This document shows, in pieces, positions 1-8,824 of a DNA stretch of 64,000 nucleotides. Positions within the stretch are counted from its first letter, which is position 1. Each line of letters starts with the position of its first letter. The notes under the pieces were generated by a model. The model did no database searches. It had not been told where the DNA came from and saw only the letters and a list, made by a program, of their open reading frames with translations. The DNA is from an uncultured Nitrososphaerota archaeon (lineage in GTDB: Archaea; Thermoproteota; EX4484-205; JAAOZP01): assembly GCA_964416155.1 (NCBI GenBank), contig CAYQCW010000005.1, positions 64,001-128,000 on the forward strand, in the 5' to 3' direction. The position numbers and the translations under genes are program-made.

Positions 1-490
1 TTGTGTAAGCGGGCGGTGGAACCCTGCTGATGTCAACCGGAATGCTATCTGATCTGAAGATCAACATTATGAAAAAGCTCCCTCGAGGGAAAGCCTCACT
101 GATCCTTAAAACTGTAGAAACATGTTTATCTTCAGACGAAAAACTTTCAATGTTGTCGATCACTATGAGAAACCTGTTCCTTAGAAGGCGGAGTATTTCC
201 AGTCCAGAATAGCCTCTTAGGCCGCACGCATGTTGAAGAGCGCTGAATAACCCCCGGCACCCGGCGGCTTCAGGATCAAGATAGATCTGTTCAAGGTTTT
301 TCCAAGCGTGTTTAGCATTATCCATAATCCTCCTCGCAACGGTTGTTTTCCCGGTTCCCGGCCCTCCCCATATTATTACCATTACAGTCAAAGGGTCCTC
401 GCTTTCCATGAACATTCTCAGAAGCATCCATATCTTTCCATACTCTTCAACTCTCAGCCGGATCGATTCCCTGCCTAAGGCTTCTTCCAA
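1..490 (-). CDS. Cdc6/Orc1-like AAA+ ATPase (runs off window edge; missing from ORF track)
   Basis: Manual translation from TTG at 490: MEEALGRESIRLRVEEYGKIWMLLRMFMESEDPLTVMVIIWGGPGTGKTTVARRIM...FLIVIDNIE. Walker A and B present with Cdc6-like spacing; open to position 1. Confidence 0.6.
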   Translation of the reverse strand, partial: MEEALGRESIRLRVEEYGKIWMLLRMFMESEDPLTVMVIIWGGPGTGKTTVARRIMDNAKHAWKNLEQIYLDPEAAGCRGLFSALQHACGLRGYSGLEILRLLRNRFLIVIDNIESFSSEDKHVSTVLRISEAFPRGSFFIMLIFRSDSIPVDISRVPPPAYT

Positions 491-609
491 GGCCTATGCT
501 GGACACTATCTTGCCATGCTGCTTATTTTGGATTGCGAATGTAAATTGGTGAGGGAGAGAGTAGGGTGAATAAGTAATGTTTTTAAGGAACCCTGGGAAA
601 CGCATAGTG

Positions 610-762
610 ATGCCGGAACTTCAGTGTTTAGCCTGCAACAGGGTTATAAGCGAGGAGGAAATGTCGGAGTTTAGAGGAGATGTGAGATGTCCCTATTGCG
701 GCTTCAGGGTTCTGAAGAAGACACGTTCGAAAAAGATTGCTAAACAGGTTTTTTCCGAGTAA
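610..762 (+). CDS. rpoP: DNA-directed RNA polymerase subunit P (Rpo12)
   Basis: CLAC...VRCPYCGFRVLKKTR zinc ribbon, about 50 aa; ATG at 610 preferred over 577. Confidence 0.9.
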   Translation: MPELQCLACNRVISEEEMSEFRGDVRCPYCGFRVLKKTRSKKIAKQVFSE

Positions 763-792
763 ACTTTATATAAAGCTCCTTAGGCCTCTATC

Positions 793-891
793 GGGGAAAC
801 GGTGAGGGTCGTCCTCCGTGTATTGCTTGATTCTAAATATCCGTGAGGACATCCCCCACCCTCACCGTTTTCCGTTAACCATTACGATGGT
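793..891 (+). ncRNA. Candidate structured non-coding RNA (long hairpin plus UACG-loop hairpin)
   Basis: 794-809 pairs with 858-873; inner stem GTCCTC/GAGGAC; ACCAT-TACG-ATGGT at 878-891; TTTATATA box at 765-772. Confidence 0.5.
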
Positions 892-1002
892 GGGGCTCAT
901 GCTTCAAGATTCTTTAAAAAAAGCTAGTCTGGCGGCAGAGCGAGTGAAAAAAATAATTTCTGAAAACAAAGTTTTTAAACCGGTTGAAGAGCTTTGAAGA
1001 AG

Positions 1003-1092
1003 GGGGTCGTCGTCTAGAGTTGAAACGGGCAGCTTGGTCTAGGATACCAGCCTGGGGCGCTGGCGACCTGGGTTCAAATCCCGGCGACCCCA
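1003..1092 (+). tRNA. tRNA-Pro(GGG) with 15-nt intron at position 15/16 (1018-1032)
   Basis: Acceptor GGGGTCG/CGACCCC, anticodon arm CCAGC-CTGGGGC-GCTGG, T arm CTGGG-TTCAAAT-CCCGG; removing 1018-1032 gives a 75-nt tRNA with D loop AGCTTGGTCTA. Confidence 0.92.
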
Positions 1093-1182
1093 TTGTTTTA
1101 ACCATACTTACTAGCCTAACTTCTCTGCAAATTCCCATGCTTCCCGAAAAGTTTATACGTCTACTTCTTCCTCTGTTCAACG

Positions 1183-1407
1183 TTGCCTGCTTACTATTGT
1201 CCAGAATGCGGGGGAGAGTTGAGATACGAGCCCACTACTAAGATATATATTTGCAAGGCATGTGGAAGAGTTTACGAGTTGGAGGAGCTGAAGACCACCA
1301 AGGAAAGGTTCCTGAAATCTGTGATGGAAAGCGATGAGGAGAAGAGGAAGAAGCGTAGGCGGGAAATTGTTAAATGGTGGCTTGACGAGAAGTCGGCAGA
1401 GGAGTAG
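1183..1407 (+). CDS. Small zinc-ribbon protein
   Basis: CPECGG...ICKACG pair followed by a charged helix. Confidence 0.75.
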   Translation: MPAYYCPECGGELRYEPTTKIYICKACGRVYELEELKTTKERFLKSVMESDEEKRKKRRREIVKWWLDEKSAEE

Positions 1408-1589
1408 CTCAGCATCCTTTTTCCATTGGTTCAAATTGCTTTTCATTCCTAAAATGGGTTGAACATCAGAAATAAATGTAAATGAGTGATTAAGCAGATT
1501 GGATAAATGTCTTTTCGAACCTCTGGAGCATTCAGCCGGGCTATGAGTAATTTTTAAAAGCCTAGGGTTTTCCGAGTCTATTAACGAGA

Positions 1590-2849
1590 ATGACTGATCT
1601 AGCTGATCGTTTTAGGCTTTCTAGCTTCAGCGGTGAGGAAAAACAATACGTTGAGCAGATAATGCTTGACGTAAGGAAGAGGGGAGACAAGGCGCTTTTA
1701 GACTACACTTCTCGCCCCAAGCCTTTCGACCATGTCAGGCTTGCCAAGAGCCAGCTTATGGTCAGTGAGAAAGAGCTTAAAGAAGCTGAAGAGAGAATAA
1801 CGGTTGAAGTTAAGAAAGCAATCCTTTTTTTGATGAAAAACGTTAGGAAGGTAGTTAAGCTGCAGATGAGGGCTTTTCGGCCAATCGCCTTCCGGGGGAG
1901 AGGATTCGAGTATTCCCTGCGTCCATACCCTCTTGAGAGAATTGGTGTTCTGGTTCCGGGTGGAAGAGCATCCTACGTTTCAACGTTAGTCATGGCGGCT
2001 TACCCGGCTGTCTTAGTTGGCGTTAGGGAGATTCATGTTTTAACTCCCCCGAGGCCAGACGGGTCTGTCAATCCAGCGATACTTTACGCTGCTAGGCTAA
2101 CGGGTTTAACAAGGGTTTACAGGTGCAACATGGTTGCAGGGGTGGGTGCTTTTGCTTTCGGTACAGAGTCCATTCCAAGGGTTGACAAGATATTCGGCCC
2201 AGGAAACAAGTTTGTGATGATAGCGAAGATGATTGCGAGCAGTTATGGTGTTTCGATAGATATTCCCGCCGGGCCTTCGGAGCTCGTTGTGCTCGCGGAT
2301 TCGAGCGCAGACCCTGGTTTAATAGCGCTAGACCTAGCTGCGCAGGCTGAGCACTCGCCAGATGCTTTTACAGCACTCATCACAGATTCACACCGAATAG
2401 CGAAATCCGTTGAGAAAATGTTCAGGATTATTTCGGAAAGGAGCCTTTTAAAAGCAAGGCTGAACCTATATCTGGTCAATTCCATCGATGAAGGTGTGGG
2501 GAAATGCAACATGTTGGCGCCGGAACATGCTTCACTGCACGTCAAGAATCCTAGGGAGATAGCTAGTAAGCTGACGGTTGCGGGAACGGTTTTCCTAGGA
2601 GGATGTTCGCCACCGGCTGTAGGGGATTATGCCTCTGGGAGCAACCATATTCTTCCAACCTCCGGGTATGCGAAAGCAAGGGGCGGGGTGACTGTAATAG
2701 ACTACCTAAGACTCGTCTCCTATCAGGGTTTTTCCGCGAAATATGTGGAATCGGTTAGCAGGCATGTTGAGGCCCTAAGCAGTGCAGAAGGCCTCCCTCT
2801 TCATGGTGCGAGCGTTAAGGCGAGGCTCACTAGGAGGCTGGCCGTATGA
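1590..2849 (+). CDS. hisD: Histidinol dehydrogenase
   Basis: VPGG, GPGNKFV, PAGPSE, AQAEH, APEH and GDYASGSNHILPT motifs. Confidence 0.95.
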   Translation: MTDLADRFRLSSFSGEEKQYVEQIMLDVRKRGDKALLDYTSRPKPFDHVRLAKSQLMVSEKELKEAEERITVEVKKAILFLMKNVRKVVKLQMRAFRPIAFRGRGFEYSLRPYPLERIGVLVPGGRASYVSTLVMAAYPAVLVGVREIHVLTPPRPDGSVNPAILYAARLTGLTRVYRCNMVAGVGAFAFGTESIPRVDKIFGPGNKFVMIAKMIASSYGVSIDIPAGPSELVVLADSSADPGLIALDLAAQAEHSPDAFTALITDSHRIAKSVEKMFRIISERSLLKARLNLYLVNSIDEGVGKCNMLAPEHASLHVKNPREIASKLTVAGTVFLGGCSPPAVGDYASGSNHILPTSGYAKARGGVTVIDYLRLVSYQGFSAKYVESVSRHVEALSSAEGLPLHGASVKARLTRRLAV

Positions 2850-3619
2850 AAGCTGTCTTCCTAATAGGTACTGCTGGAAGCGGTAAGACAACCTTTGTAA
2901 AAAACTTCTCACAATGGATGGAGGATAAGGGGGTGGATGTTGCAAGGATCAACTTGGATCCAGGAGTTATAAGCCTGCCCTATTCTGCTGGTTTTGACGT
3001 TAGAACATACGTTGACACGGAGAGGCTGATGAGGGATATTGGACTCGGGCCTAATAGTGCCCTGACGGTTGCTTCAGACCTTATAGCTGTGAAGGTTCAT
3101 GAGATAAGTGGGGAGATTGAAGCAATGGGTCATGAGCTTGCCCTCATCGACACTCCTGGCCAGATAGAGCTTTTCGCTTTTAGACCAGTTGGGAGAGCAT
3201 TCTCTGAGAGATTCCTGAAGGGTCCGAGGATGGTAATATACCTGTTTGATTACGTACTAATGCTTGAACCATTGAGCTTCTTAGCCTCGCTCTACCTAAG
3301 CATTTCTGTTTACGCTTCCCTCGCGATGCCTCAGCTTAACGTTATTAACAAGGTTGATTTAGTTAACCCCCGCGTGGTTAAGAGGATTGAAGAATGGTAT
3401 TCTAACCCTTTGAAGCTCTACGAGGCCATTACTAAATCATACAGGGGGGAGAAACTGAAGCTTGGGCAAGAGCTTTCAAGAGCATTGTCTCTCTTAAGCA
3501 GCCTAAATAAGCCTCTGCCTGTTTCAGCCGTCACGATGGAGGGATTTGTAGATGTTTATTCTCAGGTGACAAGGATTCTCGGTACAGGCGAGGAATTCTC
3601 GCACGAACAGGCTTTTTAA
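2846..3619 (+). CDS. GPN-loop GTPase
   Basis: GTAGSGKT, NLDPG, LGPN, DTPGQIE, NKVD. Confidence 0.92.
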   Translation: MKAVFLIGTAGSGKTTFVKNFSQWMEDKGVDVARINLDPGVISLPYSAGFDVRTYVDTERLMRDIGLGPNSALTVASDLIAVKVHEISGEIEAMGHELALIDTPGQIELFAFRPVGRAFSERFLKGPRMVIYLFDYVLMLEPLSFLASLYLSISVYASLAMPQLNVINKVDLVNPRVVKRIEEWYSNPLKLYEAITKSYRGEKLKLGQELSRALSLLSSLNKPLPVSAVTMEGFVDVYSQVTRILGTGEEFSHEQAF

Positions 3620-3654
3620 ACTATTTCTGGGCATGGGAAATATTTATTAAACCA

Positions 3655-4551
3655 TTGTTGAGGTTCCTCAACGATTTGCCCGCCTTCCAGGAAACAGAGG
3701 GCCTTGAGACAAGGGCTTATGTTAGAGAGATTGAGAAAGAGCTTAAGAAACAGAAGGAGAAGCTTACAGAGCTCGTAACCCGTAGAAGACAGTTAAGGGA
3801 CGAGATTGCAGCAATAAGCAAGCAGATTGATGAATATGTTGCTAAGAGAAATGAGCTTAACGATCAGATTAAGAAGATTAAGGGTGATATAGAGCAGCTA
3901 AGGGCTTCAGAGAAAAACCTTAAGGAGGAAATGGAGCGTAAAAGAGTAGTCATAAAAAGCCGTTCCAAGAAGATAAGGATAAGTGAGAGGGAGGCTAGGG
4001 CGCAGCTCTCCAAGCTCGAATGGAGGCTTGCGACGGAGCATTTAGAACCTAAAGAGGAGGCTGAGCTTGTTAAAGAGATCGAGAGAGCCAGGGTGATTCT
4101 GCGCGAGGTTGAAGCAGTCGTCAACATGAAGAAGAACATCGGTGATTTCGAAAAGAAGATAGGTGAAAAAACCTCCATGATAATGGAGAAGAATAATGAG
4201 AAGGCTAAGCTTGTCGAATCCTCTAATCTTTATCATGCTAAGATTAAACAGCTTTTGGAGGATAAGAGAATAAAGAAGGACGAGCTTGCTAAACTTGATT
4301 CAGAGATAGATGAGGCTAAGAAGAAGAAGGACGAACTTTTCATGAAAATGGTTGAGATAGATGCTAAATCCTACTTGGCGAGAATGAGGCGTGTGCTCAT
4401 GATGCAGGAGGAACATGCTAAGCGTTTAAAAATGGAGGAAGCTGTTAGAAGCAAGCTTGCTCTTGACGCTCAGGAGAAGCTTAAGCGCGGCGAGTCGCTG
4501 GACTGGGAAGAGTTTAAGGCTATGATAGAGGCGCAGGGTGGTCAATCCTAA
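3655..4551 (+). CDS. Conserved archaeal coiled-coil protein
   Basis: Long heptad-rich sequence with LEWRLATEHL and C-terminal KLKRGESLDWEE. Confidence 0.75.
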   Translation: MLRFLNDLPAFQETEGLETRAYVREIEKELKKQKEKLTELVTRRRQLRDEIAAISKQIDEYVAKRNELNDQIKKIKGDIEQLRASEKNLKEEMERKRVVIKSRSKKIRISEREARAQLSKLEWRLATEHLEPKEEAELVKEIERARVILREVEAVVNMKKNIGDFEKKIGEKTSMIMEKNNEKAKLVESSNLYHAKIKQLLEDKRIKKDELAKLDSEIDEAKKKKDELFMKMVEIDAKSYLARMRRVLMMQEEHAKRLKMEEAVRSKLALDAQEKLKRGESLDWEEFKAMIEAQGGQS

Positions 4552-4637
4552 CTGGGATAGTTTATAGTCGTTTTTAGAATTTTTGGACATACAAAAGTTT
4601 TTTAACTATAGAATGCTTAATCATAATAAAGAGCCCA

Positions 4638-5759
4638 TTGGAAGAGAATGCTAAAAGGGCGTTAATCATATGCGTGGATATGGATGACGATGTGGGCAGT
4701 AAGACCGGGTTAGAGACCCCCATAATCGGGAGGGATAACGTGCTTAGAGCGGCTGAAAAGCTTGCTCTAGTCGATCCTGAGGAGGCTGATTCAAACGCTA
4801 TGTTCGCGTCAATCAGGCTTTCCGACGAGCTTTTTCAAAAAGGCTATTTGACGGAGGTCAGCGTGATCGGCGGCGTAAGGGACGGTGGTCTTGAAGCATC
4901 CCGAAAGGCTATAGATGAGATAACGCGCATCGCAAACTCCTTCAACCCCTCAGAGGTCTACGTTGTGACAGACGGGTTTGGAGAAGAGGACATTGAGCCC
5001 GTCATAAGGGCGAAGCTGCCTCTTGCCGGTGTGAAAAGGGTTGTAGTTAAGCAGAGCCGTTCAATCGAGGCATCCTACATAATATTCGGAAGATATTTGA
5101 AAATGCTTTTTTCGGATCAAAGGTTTAAGAAATGGTTCCTCGGGCTTGGAGGCATCCTCATAATTACGTTAACTATCTTAAGCTACTATGGCTCCATAAG
5201 GGAGGTTTCAACCGCCTTCTGGAGCATAATAGGTTTAGCTGTTTTGATGAAGGGATTTGACCTAGACAGGCTTGTTTCAGCTGGTCTTAAACATGTTTTT
5301 GGGGGCGAGATGCCTCCGCAATTCCTAATACTTAAAACACTGTTACTAACCACAGGCATATCCCTAATCCTGTTTGCCCTTTCCACAGGGCTTTCCGCAG
5401 GGTCTCTCCCAGATGAAACCTTAATAGCTAGAACCGGAAGGTTCATCGCGCAGACAATCGATGTCCTGCTTTTCGGCTTTGCGATAACACTTTTGAGCGG
5501 TGCAATAAAATATCCTTTAACGGCTTCAAGCATTCAAGACTCGCTAACAATACTCGCGAACATAGTGACCCTTATCCCCATGCTTAGAACACTGGGGCTG
5601 GCTATAGCAACCCCCTCGTTCGAGCTTAGGATACTCCTCCACGTCAGCCTTCTCACCCTCGTGCTTGTTTTCGCGGTAAACGTCATGGTTTTCTTAACGA
5701 TGAGGCTTCTCTACTCGCTGAAAATACTTAAAATCAGCCAGAGAACAAAGATAGCCTAA
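4638..5759 (+). CDS. DUF373-family membrane protein
   Basis: CVDMDDDVG, DPEEADSN, VTDG and RVVVKQS motifs, then several TM segments. Confidence 0.85.
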   Translation: MEENAKRALIICVDMDDDVGSKTGLETPIIGRDNVLRAAEKLALVDPEEADSNAMFASIRLSDELFQKGYLTEVSVIGGVRDGGLEASRKAIDEITRIANSFNPSEVYVVTDGFGEEDIEPVIRAKLPLAGVKRVVVKQSRSIEASYIIFGRYLKMLFSDQRFKKWFLGLGGILIITLTILSYYGSIREVSTAFWSIIGLAVLMKGFDLDRLVSAGLKHVFGGEMPPQFLILKTLLLTTGISLILFALSTGLSAGSLPDETLIARTGRFIAQTIDVLLFGFAITLLSGAIKYPLTASSIQDSLTILANIVTLIPMLRTLGLAIATPSFELRILLHVSLLTLVLVFAVNVMVFLTMRLLYSLKILKISQRTKIA

Positions 5760-6562
5760 TGCTAGGGATCGTGGAAAGCATTGCTTCAAGAATTTCGAGA
5801 AACAGGCTATCCCTATGGCTTTACGAGAAGGCGCTCGTAAGGCAGGTTAGACAGCTACCGCCCCCGAAACACATAGGCATAATAATGGATGGTAACCGAA
5901 GGTGGGCCGAATCAAAAGGCTTAGAAAGATACTTGGGGCATGTTTTCGGCGCGAAAAAGGTCGGCGAGGTTCTCAAATGGTGCTATGATCTCGGCATCAA
6001 CACAGTAACTCTCTACGTTTTCTCAACCGAGAACCTTAAAAGGCCACGTGAAGAAGTCGAGTTGATATTAAAGCTCTTCAAAGACAAGCTTATCGAGATG
6101 ATGGACAAAAAGGTTCTGCACGAGAGTGGGACGCATCTAAAGGTAATAGGTAGGAGAGAACTTATTCCCGAGGAGATCATGCAGTACGTTAAGAAAATAG
6201 AGATGGAAACAGAGGGCTATTCCTCACACTATTTGAACATAGCCTTCGCATATGGCGGGAGGGCCGAAATCGTAGACGCCGTTAAGAGTATTGCTCGAGA
6301 AGTTGCTGAAGGATTTTTGGAACCGAGCAGCATAGATGAGGAAACTATTTCTAAAAGGCTCTACACTGCTCATCTTCCTGAGCCTGATCCAGATCTAATA
6401 ATAAGAACCTCTGGAGAGGAGCGGCTCAGCAACTTTCTCCTCTGGCAGTCGGCATACAGTGAGCTAGCGTTCATAGATGTGTATTGGCCTGAGTTTAGGA
6501 GGATAGACCTGCTTAGAGCAATAAGAACGTATCAGAGGAGGAAGAGGAGATTCGGTCTTTGA
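5759..6562 (+). CDS. uppS: cis-prenyltransferase (undecaprenyl diphosphate synthase family)
   Basis: HIGIIMDGNRRWA, FSTEN, YGGRAEI, RTSGEERLSNFLLWQ. Confidence 0.96.
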   Translation: MLGIVESIASRISRNRLSLWLYEKALVRQVRQLPPPKHIGIIMDGNRRWAESKGLERYLGHVFGAKKVGEVLKWCYDLGINTVTLYVFSTENLKRPREEVELILKLFKDKLIEMMDKKVLHESGTHLKVIGRRELIPEEIMQYVKKIEMETEGYSSHYLNIAFAYGGRAEIVDAVKSIAREVAEGFLEPSSIDEETISKRLYTAHLPEPDPDLIIRTSGEERLSNFLLWQSAYSELAFIDVYWPEFRRIDLLRAIRTYQRRKRRFGL

Positions 6563-6590
6563 AGGCTTTAAGGGAAGCGGCTGAAGAGGC

Positions 6591-7649
6591 TCACCTAAAG
6601 GAGGAATTAGTGAGTTTTAATGCCCCGGAGTCTGTTATGAGGTAAGTGTCTTCAACCCTGACCCCGCCGACGCCAGGCATGTACACCCCGGGCTCAATCG
6701 TTATAATGTTCCCTGCTTTAAGCTCCTCGTTGCTAAAGGGAGAGATGGAAGGTGGCTCATGAATATCTATTCCAACCCCGTGTCCAAGGCTGTGTGCAAA
6801 ATACTTGCCTAGCCCGTACTCTTCTAATACTTCATAGGCCGACCTGTCTATCTCGCACGCCTTAACGCCTGGAAACGCCTTTCTCTCAGCAGTCCTCTTA
6901 GATTCCTCGACAGCCTCTATAATCCGCGTCGCCTTGCTTCCCTCAAGCCTTTCTCCAAAAACCATCGTCCTAGTCAAATCACTTTTATAATTGAGATAGT
7001 CCGCACCCGCATCTACCAGCACGATATCGCCTCTCTTAAGTAGTCTCGCCGATGGCGTTGCGTGAGGGTTGGACGTGTTTTCTCCAAATGCCACTATTGT
7101 TTCGAAAGAGGGTTTGAAAGCACCCTTTAAAACTATTTGGGCATCATATTCGCTGGCAACCTCCACTTCCGTGGTGCCCTCGCTCAGCCTGCTTGTGATT
7201 TCGCTGACAGTTTGGCTCGCTATTTCAGCAGCCCTCTTAACCCTATCTATTTCACGAGAATCCTTAACCAGCCGCATCTCCCTAACTATCCTGCTGCCTG
7301 TTTTCAAGAGGGCGCAGAGCTCTTTTTCAAGCCTCAAAGCTTCATGCATTTCTAACGTGTCGAACTCCACATACTTAAAACCAACTGGTTTTTCTTTCAA
7401 AAGCCTCTGCAAATATCCTTCACCCCTATCTAGCTTCACAACTCTAACCTCATTCAACGAGGAAGACATGTTAACGCTTTCTAGTGGTGTTACAAGCAGC
7501 TTGGCTTCACCGCTCTTAGGTATCAGAAGCATTCCTGAAACAGGTTGCTCGCTGTCGACAGCATAGATTATGTTTCCCTGATTCCTTAAAACAAGCAGGT
7601 CTATGCCTGTTCTACTCAACCTGTTTTGAATTATTTCTATTCTGCTCAT
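6591..7649 (-). CDS. Xaa-Pro aminopeptidase (M24)
   Basis: DAGADY, SDLTRT, HSLGHGVG, HE, TIEPG, GVRVED. Confidence 0.93.
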   Translation of the reverse strand: MSRIEIIQNRLSRTGIDLLVLRNQGNIIYAVDSEQPVSGMLLIPKSGEAKLLVTPLESVNMSSSLNEVRVVKLDRGEGYLQRLLKEKPVGFKYVEFDTLEMHEALRLEKELCALLKTGSRIVREMRLVKDSREIDRVKRAAEIASQTVSEITSRLSEGTTEVEVASEYDAQIVLKGAFKPSFETIVAFGENTSNPHATPSARLLKRGDIVLVDAGADYLNYKSDLTRTMVFGERLEGSKATRIIEAVEESKRTAERKAFPGVKACEIDRSAYEVLEEYGLGKYFAHSLGHGVGIDIHEPPSISPFSNEELKAGNIITIEPGVYMPGVGGVRVEDTYLITDSGALKLTNSSFR

Positions 7650-8172
7650 ACGCTTGCCCTGTTTGAAGCCGTGCTCTTAAAGCTTGCTTAAGCTCATCAT
7701 CGCTGCACACACCGAAAATGCTTAAGCCGGTTGGAGTTAGCCTCAATACCTTGCTCCTCCCCTCCCTGCTTGCTTCAAGCAACCCCATTTCAACCAGCCT
7801 CTTAATCTGCCTATATGCATGGGATCCCCTGAGGCTAACAATTCTGGATTGAGCTATGGGCTGTTTCAAACCTATGAGTGTGAGCGTTTTCAATACGGCT
7901 CTACTCATCATTGGTTTAACACCTATTCTTTTAACGAAGCCGGAGTACTCGGGTTTAACCCTTAACATGTAATTTCCCTGCCCTATCTCAACTATTTCTA
8001 AGCTCGTGTCCCTAGCCCTATACTCTTCAACGAGCTCTCTCAACGCTTTCTCAACCTTCTCAACCTTTCTGGCACCTGCCGCCGACTTTAACTGCCTTAT
8101 TGTCAACGGTCTTCCAGATGCGGAGAGGGCTGCCTCAATCCTCTTCCTATACTCCGAGTCCCTGGAAACCAT
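7612..8172 (-). CDS. scpB: Segregation and condensation protein B (kite)
   Basis: IEAALSASGRPL, LKTLTLIGLKQPIAQSRIVSLRG; operonic with smc and scpA. Confidence 0.92.
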   Translation of the reverse strand: MVSRDSEYRKRIEAALSASGRPLTIRQLKSAAGARKVEKVEKALRELVEEYRARDTSLEIVEIGQGNYMLRVKPEYSGFVKRIGVKPMMSRAVLKTLTLIGLKQPIAQSRIVSLRGSHAYRQIKRLVEMGLLEASREGRSKVLRLTPTGLSIFGVCSDDELKQALRARLQTGQAYEQNRNNSKQVE

Positions 8173-8824
8173 TCTCCATCACTATATAGTAGTTTCCCTC
8201 CTCGGAAAGAATGTCGAAGCCCGGCTCAGACAGGAGGAAGAGAATCAATATAAATGTCCTGGCCATCTCCAAGGGCTGTTTGCCTTCAAGTAGGGAGTTC
8301 AATGAAATTCTTCCCTCCTGGCTGAGCATCGTGTAAAGAGTGTTCCTGAACTCCTCGACTTTCTTCTCGATCTCCCTTATGAAATCATCCGACTGGGTTA
8401 CAATGGGTGGAAGCGCCTCCTCCTCTGGAGCCCTCTTAGAGTAAGCCTTTTCAAGTATTTCAGAAAGTGCTTTTACGAGGCGTTCAAGATCTATGACTGG
8501 CTGAGACGGCCTGATGGGGGCTTCAAGAGGGCTTATTTTCTCAAGCAGTTCTAGAGGAACATCCAGCGTCTCCTCCGCATTAAGGGACTCCTTATGCTTA
8601 AGCTCAGAGTCTATTGAGAGAAGCGCCTCTGTCTTCCTAAGATAGATTATTGAGGATGCTAGCAGCACTAGTCCGGACAGCGTGAACTGCAAATATCCTT
8701 TTTCACGGAGCTCCCCGGATAGTTGCTTCAGAATCCCTGTGATCTTAATGTCCCAAGGGTTTACTCTCCTGAGTTTAATCAGGTCGAACACTATATCGGT
8801 TGCTTCCCGCCCCTCATCCGACAA
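8147..8824 (-). CDS. scpA: Segregation and condensation protein A (kleisin)
   Basis: N-terminal VNPWDIKI...ASSIIYLRKTE; C-terminal winged helix TFILILFL; directly downstream of smc. Confidence 0.88.
   Translation of the reverse strand: MSDEGREATDIVFDLIKLRRVNPWDIKITGILKQLSGELREKGYLQFTLSGLVLLASSIIYLRKTEALLSIDSELKHKESLNAEETLDVPLELLEKISPLEAPIRPSQPVIDLERLVKALSEILEKAYSKRAPEEEALPPIVTQSDDFIREIEKKVEEFRNTLYTMLSQEGRISLNSLLEGKQPLEMARTFILILFLLSEPGFDILSEEGNYYIVMENGFQGLGV

Noticed and set aside
914-1241. ORFs 914-1180 (-) and 984-1241 (+)
   Set aside because: They overlap the tRNA-Pro gene and are spurious.
1499-1514. TTGGATAAATGTC upstream of hisD resembling the 42815/43445 operator
   Set aside because: Only a partial match with the palindrome broken; could be chance.
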